From positions 660,001-692,000 of the forward strand of contig NC_006576.1 of the NCBI RefSeq assembly GCF_000010065.1: DNA of 32,000 bases, in the 5' to 3' direction. Origin of the DNA: Synechococcus elongatus PCC 6301 (lineage in GTDB: Bacteria; Cyanobacteriota; Cyanobacteriia; Synechococcales; Synechococcaceae). Shown here in pieces: positions 9,305 through 17,967 of the stretch. The first letter of the stretch is position 1, and the number at the start of each line of letters is the position of its first letter. The translations under genes and the position numbers were made by a program. The notes under the pieces were generated by a model, which made no database searches, was not told the origin of the DNA, and worked only from the letters and a program-made list of their open reading frames with translations.

Positions 9305-10569
9305 TCGCCAGCGATCGCCAACAATGCGCGTTCGGTCATCGCCAGAGCTTCATCAATTTCTGCGGCACTGACAATCAAGGGCGGCACAAAGCGCACCACT
9401 TCCGCACCGGCAGGCACCAACAGCAGACCCTGCTCAATCGCAGCTTTGACCAAAGCGATCGGCGTCACATTGGGATCATTACGCAAGACTAAGCCGTTGA
9501 TCAGACCCCAGCCGCGCACGCCAGCCAACAGATTCGGGTAGCGATCCACCAGTTCTTGCAAACCCGCCCGTAACTGCTCGCCCCGTGCCTGCACATTGGC
9601 TAGTAGTTGATCGCGCTCCATCACTTGCGCGATCGCCAGACCTGCCCGACAAGCCAACGGATTACCACCAAAGGTGCTGGCATGTTCGCCAGCTTGCAGA
9701 ATATTGCAGGAGGCCTTGACCAGCAGCGCCCCGATCGGCACACCGCCACCCAAGCCTTTCGCAACCGTGAAAGCGTCCGGCTCAATGCCGAGGTTTTCGT
9801 AACCCCAGAGCTGGCCCGATCGCCCCATGCCAACTTGGACTTCATCCAAAATCAACAGCATCCGCCGTTGATCGCAGAGCTGGCGCACCGCTTGGAAGTA
9901 GGCGCGATCGCCTGGATTGACACCACCTTCACCTTGCAGCGGTTCCAACAGGATTGCCGCCACTGTTTCGCCAGCAGCATCGAGTTCTGCCAAGGTCGCT
10001 TCCGGTGCCGCCAAACCGTTGTAGGGCACATAACGGAAGCCTTGAACGAGCGGTTGAAAACCCTTGTGATATTTGGGCTGACCGGTTGCAGTCACGGCTG
10101 CCAGCGTCCGACCATGGAAGCTAGCCTGAGCCGTCAGGATGATCGGATTCTCCGCTTCAAGAACCGTGTTGCCATGTTTGCGCGCCAGCTTAATTGCCGC
10201 TTCGTTAGCTTCCGCGCCGGAATTACAGAAGAAAACGCGATCGGCACAGGAGTTTGCCGTCAGCCAAGCGGCCAGTTGGCCCTGCTCGGGAATGTAATAG
10301 AGATTGGAGACGTGGTGGAGTTTGCGGATTTGATCGCTGATCGCATCTACCAACTCAGGATGGGCGTGCCCCAAGGTGCAGGTGGCAATGCCCGCCACAA
10401 AATCCAGATAGCTCCGCCCCTGCGTATCCCACACTCGGCAGCCTTCACCCCGTTCTAAGGCCAGTGGGAAGCGCCCGTAGGTCTGCATGACGCAGGCATC
10501 AAACGCATCGGTACTGAAAGGTGATGCGATCGCGGCATCTACTGCCGCCAAGACGGTTTCGGGGCTCAC
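9301..10569 (-). CDS. argD: Acetylornithine aminotransferase
   Basis: Class III aminotransferase: 'YLDFVAGIATCTLGHAHPELV', 'FFCNSGAEANEAAIKLAR', 'LILDEVQVGMGRSGQLWGYE', PLP-lysine region 'DAFTVAKGLGGGVPIGA'. Start may be the GTG at 10569 or slightly downstream. Confidence 0.93.
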   Translation of the reverse strand: MSPETVLAAVDAAIASPFSTDAFDACVMQTYGRFPLALERGEGCRVWDTQGRSYLDFVAGIATCTLGHAHPELVDAISDQIRKLHHVSNLYYIPEQGQLAAWLTANSCADRVFFCNSGAEANEAAIKLARKHGNTVLEAENPIILTAQASFHGRTLAAVTATGQPKYHKGFQPLVQGFRYVPYNGLAAPEATLAELDAAGETVAAILLEPLQGEGGVNPGDRAYFQAVRQLCDQRRMLLILDEVQVGMGRSGQLWGYENLGIEPDAFTVAKGLGGGVPIGALLVKASCNILQAGEHASTFGGNPLACRAGLAIAQVMERDQLLANVQARGEQLRAGLQELVDRYPNLLAGVRGWGLINGLVLRNDPNVTPIALVKAAIEQGLLLVPAGAEVVRFVPPLIVSAAEIDEALAMTERALLAIAGE

Positions 10570-10763
10570 GCGATTAACTCCTCTGTCAGCGGCTTACAGA
10601 GCGATTGGATGATCCACTGATTATAAGGTCGGTACTCAGAGCGATGCAGAGTGCCATTCAGGAAAGCGTCTCTAGCGATCGCCTTCATCTCATGCAATCG
10701 ATGCTGCCTAAGTTCTAAGAATCTTGACCGAACCTCAGCGCACAGCTCATCCAAGGAGGGCAA
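10566..10763 (-). CDS. Hypothetical small protein (about 65 aa or shorter)
   Basis: Small ORF whose TGA overlaps the GTG start of argD (GTGA). Only a TTG start at 10763; first internal ATG is at codon 26. No recognised domain. Confidence 0.35.
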   Translation of the reverse strand: MPSLDELCAEVRSRFLELRQHRLHEMKAIARDAFLNGTLHRSEYRPYNQWIIQSLCKPLTEELIA

Positions 10764-10956
10764 TCACTGTGCAGGTTTAGCCTTTTATAGAGAAGGTGCA
10801 GCAGGGGTAGACAGCGCGGCCAAAACAGAAGCTGAGGGATATGCTGAAACCGCTGGAGAGGTTCTCTACGCAGACTTTGCAACAATACGTTAAATTTAGT
10901 TAAGAGACTTTCTCAGAATTCTCCGGCCCTATCGGACTCTTTAAGGATCGACGCCC

Positions 10957-12849
10957 ATGAAATGGAACTGGCGCACCCTGGCACTCTGGACTCTGCCGAT
11001 CCTGGTCATCGGCTTTTTCGTCTGGCAAGGGGGCATTGGGGCGAACCTGCAAACCAATAGCACCATCAATGCGGCCAGCACCCGCATGACCTACGGTCGC
11101 TTCTTGGAATACCTCGATGCGGGCCGAGTCACGGCAGTTGATTTTTATGAAGGCGGCCGCACGGCGATCGTCGAGGCCGTTGACCCTGACCTCGATAACC
11201 GGCTGCAACGCCTCCGCGTCGATCTGCCTGGCACGTCTCCCGATTTGATCACGCGCCTGCGCGACAGCGACATTAACTTCGACGTCCACCCACCGCGCAA
11301 CGATGGCGCGATCTGGGGTCTGCTCAGCAACCTGATCTTTCCGATCCTGCTGATCGTCGGTTTGTTCTTCCTGTTCCGTCGCTCTGGCAACGTGCCGGGT
11401 GGCCCCGGTCAAGCGATGCAGTTCGGCAAATCGAAAGCCCGCTTCCAAATGGATGCCAAAACCGGCGTGCTGTTTGACGATGTCGCTGGCATCGAAGAAG
11501 CCAAGGAAGAGCTGCAAGAAGTGGTGACCTTCCTGAAAAACTCCGAGCGCTTCACCGCAGTCGGTGCCCGTATTCCTAAAGGCGTCTTGCTGGTTGGCCC
11601 TCCGGGGACGGGTAAAACCCTGTTGGCTAAAGCGATCGCGGGTGAAGCAGGTGTTCCTTTCTTCAGCATCTCCGGTTCAGAATTCGTGGAAATGTTTGTG
11701 GGTGTCGGTGCCAGCCGCGTCCGCGACCTGTTCAAGAAAGCCAAAGAAAACGCACCTTGCATCGTCTTCATCGATGAAATTGACGCCGTCGGCCGTCAGC
11801 GTGGCGCCGGTATTGGCGGTGGTAACGACGAGCGGGAACAAACCCTCAACCAGTTGTTGACCGAAATGGACGGTTTTGAGGGCAACACCGGCATTATCAT
11901 CATCGCGGCCACCAACCGCCCCGATGTCTTGGATGCAGCGCTGACCCGTCCTGGCCGTTTCGATCGCCAGATCATCGTTGATGCACCGGACATCAAAGGC
12001 CGTCTGGAAATCCTCAAGGTTCACGCCCGTAACAAGAAACTGGCGGAAGATGTCTCCCTGGATGTGATCGCCCGCCGGACGCCGGGTTTCGCCGGTGCTG
12101 ATTTGGCCAACCTGCTGAACGAAGCCGCAATTTTGACTGCCCGTCGACGTAAAGATGCGATCACGCTGACGGAAATTGATGACGCCGTCGATCGCGTCGT
12201 CGCCGGTATGGAAGGTACGCCGCTGGTCGATGGCAAGAGCAAGCGCTTGATTGCTTACCACGAGGTGGGTCACGCGATCGTGGGCACCTTGGTCAAAGAC
12301 CATGACCCGGTTCAGAAAGTGACGCTGATTCCTCGCGGCCAAGCTCAAGGTCTGACCTGGTTCGCGCCGGATGAAGAGCAAGGCTTGACCTCGCGGGCGC
12401 AAATTCTGGCTCGGATTAAAGGCGCCCTCGGCGGCCGGGCTGCGGAAGATGTGATCTTTGGCCATGACGAGGTGACCACCGGTGCAGGCAATGACTTGCA
12501 ACAGGTGACGGGCATGGCGCGTCAGATGGTGACTCGCTTTGGCATGTCGGATCTGGGGCCGCTGTCGCTGGAAGGTCAAAGTCAAGAGGTGTTCTTGGGC
12601 CGCGATCTGATGACGCGATCGGAATACTCGGAGCGGATTGCCATCCGCATTGATGCCCAGGTTCATGACATCGTCGACCACTGCTACCAAGAAACGCTGC
12701 AGTTGATTCGCGACAACCGCATCGTGATCGATCGCCTCGTCGATCTGCTGATTGAAAAAGAAACGATCGACGGCGATGAATTCCGTCAGATTGTGGCTGA
12801 GTACTGCCAAGTCCCTGAGAAAGAACGATTTGTGCCTCAGCTGATCTAG
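10957..12849 (+). CDS. ftsH: ATP-dependent zinc metalloprotease FtsH
   Basis: Two N-terminal TM segments, Walker A '[13 protein letters not shown]', '[21 protein letters not shown]', SRH '[12 protein letters not shown]', zinc motif 'HEVGH'. Confidence 0.98.
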   Translation: MKWNWRTLALWTLPILVIGFFVWQGGIGANLQTNSTINAASTRMTYGRFLEYLDAGRVTAVDFYEGGRTAIVEAVDPDLDNRLQRLRVDLPGTSPDLITRLRDSDINFDVHPPRNDGAIWGLLSNLIFPILLIVGLFFLFRRSGNVPGGPGQAMQFGKSKARFQMDAKTGVLFDDVAGIEEAKEELQEVVTFLKNSERFTAVGARIPKGVLLVGPPGTGKTLLAKAIAGEAGVPFFSISGSEFVEMFVGVGASRVRDLFKKAKENAPCIVFIDEIDAVGRQRGAGIGGGNDEREQTLNQLLTEMDGFEGNTGIIIIAATNRPDVLDAALTRPGRFDRQIIVDAPDIKGRLEILKVHARNKKLAEDVSLDVIARRTPGFAGADLANLLNEAAILTARRRKDAITLTEIDDAVDRVVAGMEGTPLVDGKSKRLIAYHEVGHAIVGTLVKDHDPVQKVTLIPRGQAQGLTWFAPDEEQGLTSRAQILARIKGALGGRAAEDVIFGHDEVTTGAGNDLQQVTGMARQMVTRFGMSDLGPLSLEGQSQEVFLGRDLMTRSEYSERIAIRIDAQVHDIVDHCYQETLQLIRDNRIVIDRLVDLLIEKETIDGDEFRQIVAEYCQVPEKERFVPQLI

Positions 12850-12873
12850 CGCACTAGATTAGGGCCTCAACTG

Positions 12874-12908
12874 ACCGCTGCTGGACTTCGGAAAGGCAGC
12901 GGTTTTTC
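12874..12908 (+). terminator. Rho-independent-like terminator downstream of ftsH
   Basis: ACCGCTGC (12874-12881) pairs perfectly with GCAGCGGT (12896-12903); 14-nt loop; T-run follows (stem's last T plus TTTT). Starts 25 nt after the ftsH ORF end. Confidence 0.75.
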
Positions 12909-13032
12909 TTGGGTCCTTGTTTAGTGGGAGAAAGCAGTTCTGGCGACTAGATGAGAACCGCGATCGCAGGTTGCCTAACGAAGGGTGTCACTTTCCGTTA
13001 GGATTGCGAGGATCCCTGTCTGTCCTGTGACT

Positions 13033-14742
13033 ATGTTGCGTCTCGATCGCATCTCTAAGATTTATCCCACCGGTGAGGTGCTCCGAGATGTGAGCTGGGA
13101 AGTCAAACCCGGCGATCGTATTGGTTTAGTCGGGGTGAATGGGGCTGGCAAGTCGACCCAAATGCGGATTATTGCCGGTTTGGAAGAGGCCACTAGCGGC
13201 GAAATTATTCGGCCCAGTAGCCTCAAAATTGCTTATCTGCAGCAAGAGTTTGATATCGATCCTGAGCGCACAGTTCGGGAAGAACTCTGGCAAGCCTTTG
13301 GTGAAGCAACAACCGTTTTTAATCAGTTGTCGGAGGTGGAGCACCAGATGCAAACCGCCGAACCTGAGCAACTAGACGATTTGATCCATCAGCTCGATCG
13401 CTTACAACGGCGGTTTGAGGCCTTGGATGGCTATGCGATCGATGCCCGCATTGCCAAGCTTCTACCTGATCTGGGTTTTGGTCTGGAGGATGGCGATCGC
13501 TCGGTGGCGGCCTTTAGTGGCGGCTGGCAGATGCGGATGGGCTTGGGCAAAATTCTGCTGCAAGAGCCTGATCTACTGCTGCTGGACGAGCCGACTAACC
13601 ACCTCGATCTTGAAACGATTGAATGGTTAGAAACCTACCTGAAAGGCTTGAGCCAGCCGATGGTGATCATTTCACACGATCGCGAGTTTCTCGATCGGCT
13701 CTGCACCCAAATTGTGGAAACAGAACGCGGGGTAGCTCGCACCTATCTCGGTAACTACAGCGACTATCTCACTCAGAAAGAGCTGGAAAAGACAGCGCAA
13801 TTTGCAGCCTTTGAGCGTCAGCAAAAAGAACTCGCTGAGCAACAAGCCTTTATCGATCGCTTTCGGGCCAGCGCGACTCGCAGCACCCAGGCCAAAAGTC
13901 GCGAAAAGCAACTCGAGAAAGTCGAGCGAATTGAAGCACCCGAAGATAACTTGCGCGGTATTCAGTTTCGCTTTCCACCCGCACCTCGCAGCGGCCGCGA
14001 AGTGGTGATGATTGAGGATCTAACCCACGCCTACAACGACAAGATCCTGTTCCTTGGGGCAGAATTGCTAATTGAACGGGGCGATCGCATTGCCTTTCTC
14101 GGGCCGAATGGCGCGGGTAAGTCTACCCTGTTGCGGCTGATTCTGGGGCGTGAGCCGCTGCTGGAAGGCAAAGTGGAACTCGGTGCCCACCAAGTCATCC
14201 CCAGCTATTTTGAGCAGAATCAAGCGGAAGCGCTAGATCTCGAAAAGACAGTGCTCGATACGATTCATGACGAGGTGCCGTCTTGGAAGGACTCAGAAGT
14301 TCGCACCCTTTTGGGGAGTTTCTGTTTCCGCTCTGACACTGTCTTCAAGAAAGTAGGGGCTCTAAGTGGTGGTGAGAAAGCACGACTAGCGCTGGCAAAA
14401 ATGTTGCTGCAGCCTGCCAACTTGTTGATTCTCGATGAGCCAACGAACCACCTCGATATCCCTGCCAAGGAAATGCTGGAGGAAGCTCTACGAGAGTACG
14501 AAGGAACGGCGCTAATTGTGTCGCACGATCGCTATTTCGTATCGAGAGTTGCCAATAAGATTGTCGAAATTCGGGATGGCGAGTTCCGCGTTTATGCCGG
14601 CGATTATCACTATTACCTCGAGCAAATTCAGCTGAAGAAAGAGCGAGAGCGGCTGGCGGCAATAGAGGCAGAAAAAGCTTCGAAGGCAGCGGCGAAGCGT
14701 GCTAAGCAAAAAGCCAAACAGCAAGAACGCCGTCAGTCCTAA
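13033..14742 (+). CDS. ABC-F family ATP-binding protein (Uup/EttA-like, two nucleotide-binding domains)
   Basis: Two Walker A motifs ('GVNGAGKSTQ', 'GPNGAGKSTL'), two signature/Walker B segments ('LLLDEPTNHLDLETIEWLE', 'LILDEPTNHLDIPAKEMLE'), no TM segments. ORF track starts at GTG 12985, but the ATG at 13033 (MLRLDRISKIYP) fits the family start. Confidence 0.93.
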   Translation: MLRLDRISKIYPTGEVLRDVSWEVKPGDRIGLVGVNGAGKSTQMRIIAGLEEATSGEIIRPSSLKIAYLQQEFDIDPERTVREELWQAFGEATTVFNQLSEVEHQMQTAEPEQLDDLIHQLDRLQRRFEALDGYAIDARIAKLLPDLGFGLEDGDRSVAAFSGGWQMRMGLGKILLQEPDLLLLDEPTNHLDLETIEWLETYLKGLSQPMVIISHDREFLDRLCTQIVETERGVARTYLGNYSDYLTQKELEKTAQFAAFERQQKELAEQQAFIDRFRASATRSTQAKSREKQLEKVERIEAPEDNLRGIQFRFPPAPRSGREVVMIEDLTHAYNDKILFLGAELLIERGDRIAFLGPNGAGKSTLLRLILGREPLLEGKVELGAHQVIPSYFEQNQAEALDLEKTVLDTIHDEVPSWKDSEVRTLLGSFCFRSDTVFKKVGALSGGEKARLALAKMLLQPANLLILDEPTNHLDIPAKEMLEEALREYEGTALIVSHDRYFVSRVANKIVEIRDGEFRVYAGDYHYYLEQIQLKKERERLAAIEAEKASKAAAKRAKQKAKQQERRQS

Positions 14743-15078
14743 TCTGCTCTCTCTCAATGCCAAAAAGCGATCGCAATCATCCGCTCTCACTGGTTAGCCA
14801 TGCTGGTCAATGACAGGCAAGATCAGGAAGGCGATCGCTTTTTATTCGGCTAAAGGCCAGCTTCTTTCACCCTCACTAATCGAGAGAGAAGCCATCGTTC
14901 AGATCCAGAGGAACCATTTACCGCGTCAAGATTGACGGCTGAGCAGTCATTGGCTTCCGCTTTTTGGCCAGATTAAAGATCAAAAACTCTGATGTCTCTG
15001 TCGATGCAGTTGCTGTCGACTCGGGCAAACGCGATCGCTGTTACACAGCGCTGAACAGCCGCTCATTTTGAAGACTGA

Positions 15079-15092
15079 CACTCCAAAGAGTG
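15079..15092. repeat. Short inverted repeat CACTC-CAAA-GAGTG
   Basis: 5-bp perfect arms, 4-nt loop; just upstream of the larger inverted repeat before the HTH gene. Confidence 0.3.
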
Positions 15093-15094
15093 AC

Positions 15095-15120
15095 CTTGAA
15101 TTAATACTGCGGCATTCAAG
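15095..15120. promoter_or_regulatory. Inverted repeat CTTGAAT-N12-ATTCAAG, candidate operator
   Basis: 7-bp perfect arms (15095-15101 and 15114-15120), ending 46 nt upstream of the HTH gene's ATG at 15167. Sequence symmetry only; no known motif match claimed. Confidence 0.4.
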
Positions 15121-15166
15121 ACTTTGACTAGGCTGTTTATTCTGGGAGCAGTAACGAGGAATTTTT

Positions 15167-15517
15167 ATGTCGAAGCTGTTTGCGGCGACGGCAGCAGAAC
15201 GAGCGAGCCGACTAGCCACCCTCCTACAGGAGTTCCGCTTCCAAGTTCATAAACCGCTGTTCGAATCTGCAGGCTTAGCCGCGCCACCCCTATCTAAGCG
15301 GCAACTATCCCAACTGCTAGGCGTGTCACCGACCCTGATTGTCAAATATGAAAATGCCGAAATTGACCCCCTCGATATTCGCTGGGGCTTAATGAACCGG
15401 ATTGCTGAAGTTCTGGGGCTGTCCCTCGATGAACTGAATGGCGTGTTCTCTGGTCAGCAAGACTCCTCCGCCCTACTGGAGCGATCGCAGAAGAAAAGCA
15501 ACCGCCGCTCTAGCTGA
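15167..15517 (+). CDS. Small helix-turn-helix (Xre/Cro-like) DNA-binding protein
   Basis: 116-aa ORF with 'LSKRQLSQLLGVSPTLIVKYENAEIDPLDIRWGLMNRIAEVLGLSLDELNG', typical of an HTH_3-like fold. Confidence 0.8.
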   Translation: MSKLFAATAAERASRLATLLQEFRFQVHKPLFESAGLAAPPLSKRQLSQLLGVSPTLIVKYENAEIDPLDIRWGLMNRIAEVLGLSLDELNGVFSGQQDSSALLERSQKKSNRRSS

Positions 15518-15561
15518 ACAGGGCTACGTCAGTTAGCCTCAGACCGAAACCCTCCGCTTCA

Positions 15562-16188
15562 TCAGGCGCGATCGCTGGCCGGGATAATTCCTTGGGAGGC
15601 TAAATAGTCCAGCACTTGCGCCACACAATCCTCAAGCGATCGGCTGCCAGTATCAATTTGCAGCTCCGCCGCTTCCGGTGCCTCGTAGGGCGAAGAAATT
15701 CCTGTAAATTCTGGGATCTGACCAGCGCGAGCCTTGGCATAGAGGCCTTTGACATCGCGTTGCTCACAGATATCCAAAGAGGCTTGGCAATAGACCTCAA
15801 TATATTCACCGTCGGCGACCAAGGCGCGGACGCGATCGCGATCGGCACGGAAGGGCGAGACAAACGCCGCCAGGGTAATCACCCCTGCTTCCATGAACAG
15901 CTTGGCGACTTCGCCAATACGACGAATATTTTCTTGGCGATCGCTATCGGAAAACCCAAGATCCGCACAAAGGCCGTGGCGGACATTATCGCCATCGAGG
16001 ACAAAGGTGCGGCAGCCCCGCTCAAACAGCTGTGCCTCAACCGCATGGGCCAAGGTCGATTTACCCGACCCCGATAGACCTGTAAACCACAGAATCACAC
16101 CGCGATGACCGTTGAGTCGCTCACGATCGCTGCGGGTAATTGTCGCATCGTGCCAAACGACATTCCGACTCGCGGGATCAGCGATCAT
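15562..16188 (-). CDS. cysC: Adenylylsulfate kinase (APS kinase)
   Basis: '[69 protein letters not shown]' and '[13 protein letters not shown]'. Confidence 0.96.
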   Translation of the reverse strand: MIADPASRNVVWHDATITRSDRERLNGHRGVILWFTGLSGSGKSTLAHAVEAQLFERGCRTFVLDGDNVRHGLCADLGFSDSDRQENIRRIGEVAKLFMEAGVITLAAFVSPFRADRDRVRALVADGEYIEVYCQASLDICEQRDVKGLYAKARAGQIPEFTGISSPYEAPEAAELQIDTGSRSLEDCVAQVLDYLASQGIIPASDRA

Positions 16189-16265
16189 TCCTAACGCCTC
16201 AACGGATTTACAGCCCGTACTAGCCTATCAGCAAGCGGCAGCGGATCCAGTACCTTACGGTTTGC

Positions 16266-16592
16266 TCAACGCCAGTGACTGAGCACGGCCTGCTGTTCCG
16301 CCAAATGTTGCACCAGCCGCTGACTGACTACTTCGCAGAGTTCAAAGACCGTGGAGTCGCAGATTTCGTAGTAGACACAGCCCTGTCGCGGCGTCCGACT
16401 CACAACCCCCGCTTGGTGGAGCAGTTTGAGGTGTTTCGAGACATTAGCCTGCCCCAGCCCCGATGCCGCCACAATTTCAGAAACCGAGAGCGCACCTTCC
16501 TTCAGGGTGCACAGCACTTGCAACCGAGTCGACTCTGAAAGCAGCTTGAAGTAGTCGGCGACTTGCGCCAGAGCAGCAGAGTTCATGGACAC
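16266..16592 (-). CDS. ArsR/SmtB-family winged-helix repressor, possibly persulfide/sulfide-responsive
   Basis: 'YFKLLSESTRLQVLCTLKEGALSVSEIVAASGLGQANVSKHLKLLHQAGVVSRTPRQGCVYYEI'. No SmtB-type ELCVGDL metal motif. ORF track opens at TTG 16598; GTG 16592 or ATG 16586 more likely starts. Responsiveness inferred from divergent neighbours. Confidence 0.85.
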   Translation of the reverse strand: MSMNSAALAQVADYFKLLSESTRLQVLCTLKEGALSVSEIVAASGLGQANVSKHLKLLHQAGVVSRTPRQGCVYYEICDSTVFELCEVVSQRLVQHLAEQQAVLSHWR

Positions 16593-16612
16593 AGGCAATT
16601 ACGAAACTTTTT

Positions 16613-16640
16613 TATTCTATTATATTACCACTTAAGAATA
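16613..16640. promoter_or_regulatory. Candidate operator in divergent promoter: TATTCT-N16-AGAATA
   Basis: TATTCT (16613-16618) and AGAATA (16635-16640) are perfect reverse complements, in an AT-rich spacer between the divergent repressor and persulfide dioxygenase genes. Confidence 0.45.
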
Positions 16641-16678
16641 TTTTGATAAACTCATCATGTCAGCCAGAGGAACCGACT

Positions 16679-17371
16679 ATGCTTTTCCGTCAGCTCTTCG
16701 ATCGCGACACTTGGACTTACACCTACTTAATTGCCGATGAAGCCAGTGGTGAAGCCGCATTGGTGGATCCTGTTTTAGAACAGTGCGATCGCGATTTAGC
16801 GCTGCTGCAAGACCTGGGTCTGACGCTGAAGTTTTGCTTAGAAACTCATCTCCACGCTGACCACATCACCGCAGCTGGGCGGCTGCGGGAATTGACCGGC
16901 TGCGAAACTGTTGTACCGGCAGGTGCAAATGCGACCTGTGCTGATCGCTTTGTGGTGGAGGGCGATCGCCTCCAGGTTGGGTCAATTGCGATTACAGTGA
17001 TCGAAACTCGCGGTCATACCGATAGCCATGCCGCTTACTTGATCCATCAGGCGGAGTTGTTGACTGGCGACTCGCTATTGATTCGTGGTTGTGGCCGTAC
17101 GGATTTTCAGAGCGGTGATGCGGGTCAGTTGTTCGACTCGGTGCAACGTCTCTTCCAACTGCCGGACAACACCCGCGTTTGGCCTGGCCACGACTACAGA
17201 GGGCACACCGTCTCCACGATCGGTGAAGAAAAACGCCTCAATCGCCGTTTTGTAGGCCGCGATCGCCAAAGCTTTATCACCTTCATGAACAGTCTCGACC
17301 TGCCTGATCCGCAGCGAATTATGGAAGCCGTGCCTGCCAACGAACGCTGCGGTCATCCCGCCACTAGCTAA
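16679..17371 (+). CDS. ETHE1-like persulfide dioxygenase (metallo-beta-lactamase fold)
   Basis: 'MLFRQLFDRDTWTYTYLIADEASGEAALVDPVLEQCDRDLALLQDLGLTLKFCLETHLHADHITAAGRLRELTG', 'GHTDSHAAYLI', 'RGCGRTDFQSGDAGQLFDSV', 'VWPGHDYRGHTVSTIGEEKRLNRR'. ATG 16679 has an AGAGG upstream; ORF track opens at TTG 16643. Confidence 0.9.
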   Translation: MLFRQLFDRDTWTYTYLIADEASGEAALVDPVLEQCDRDLALLQDLGLTLKFCLETHLHADHITAAGRLRELTGCETVVPAGANATCADRFVVEGDRLQVGSIAITVIETRGHTDSHAAYLIHQAELLTGDSLLIRGCGRTDFQSGDAGQLFDSVQRLFQLPDNTRVWPGHDYRGHTVSTIGEEKRLNRRFVGRDRQSFITFMNSLDLPDPQRIMEAVPANERCGHPATS

Positions 17372-17417
17372 TACTTCTCACTCATGTTTCAGTCGTGACC
17401 CAGCTCAGGCAGTCGCC

Positions 17418-17963
17418 ATGACCTCCTTTTCAACACCCACGAATCGCCAAAACACCCCATTACTCAGCCCCAATCAGTTACAGTTCCTGATCGATCGCCA
17501 GGAAGTTCTCCTGCTCGATGTTCGCGAAGTGGCGGAGTATCAGGCGGACCATATCGCTGGGTCGCATCTCTATCCACTCAGTCAAATAACCCAGCTGCCT
17601 TTACCGGCTAGCGATCGCCCGATTGTGCTGACCTGTCAGTCCGGGATGCGATCGCAGAAAGCCGCCACCCAATTACAGCAACGTGGACTGACGATCACAG
17701 AGCTACAGGGCGGTCTCAATGCTTGGAAGCAACGGGGCCTTCCCACAATCGGTCAGACTGCCAATGCACCGATCAGCCTCATGCGGCAGGTGCAACTGGT
17801 CGCCGGATCCCTTGTTCTTATCAGTATCATCCTGAGCTTGACCCTCGCCCACACATGGCTGGGGCTGAGTGCCTTTGTTGGCGCTGGACTTGTGTTTGCA
17901 GGTCTCAGTGGCACCTGTCTCCTACCGAATGTTCTAGCGGCGATGCCTTGGAATCGGGGTTAG
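17418..17963 (+). CDS. Rhodanese domain fused to C-terminal membrane segments (YgaP-like)
   Basis: 'VLLLDVREVAEYQADHIAGSHLYPLSQI', catalytic loop 'VLTCQSGMRSQKAA', 'LQGGLNAWKQRGLP', then hydrophobic C-terminal segments 'LVAGSLVLISIILSLTLAHTWLGLSAFVGAGLVFAGLSGTCLLPNVLAAMPW'. Confidence 0.9.
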   Translation: MTSFSTPTNRQNTPLLSPNQLQFLIDRQEVLLLDVREVAEYQADHIAGSHLYPLSQITQLPLPASDRPIVLTCQSGMRSQKAATQLQQRGLTITELQGGLNAWKQRGLPTIGQTANAPISLMRQVQLVAGSLVLISIILSLTLAHTWLGLSAFVGAGLVFAGLSGTCLLPNVLAAMPWNRG

Positions 17964-17967
17964 TACG

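Noticed and set aside
10651-10893. 80-aa plus-strand ORF antisense to the small ORF before argD
   Set aside because: Overlaps the coupled small ORF and has no recognised family; not supported.
10900-11517. 205-aa minus-strand ORF overlapping the ftsH start
   Set aside because: Antisense to ftsH with no recognisable domain; likely shadow ORF.
11677-12810. 377-aa ORF on the minus strand inside ftsH
   Set aside because: Antisense to a highly conserved gene in a GC-rich genome; sequence shows no recognisable family. Treated as a shadow ORF.
14980-15219. 79-aa minus-strand ORF over the HTH gene start and upstream region
   Set aside because: Low-complexity Ser/Cys-rich product overlapping the HTH gene; no family resemblance.
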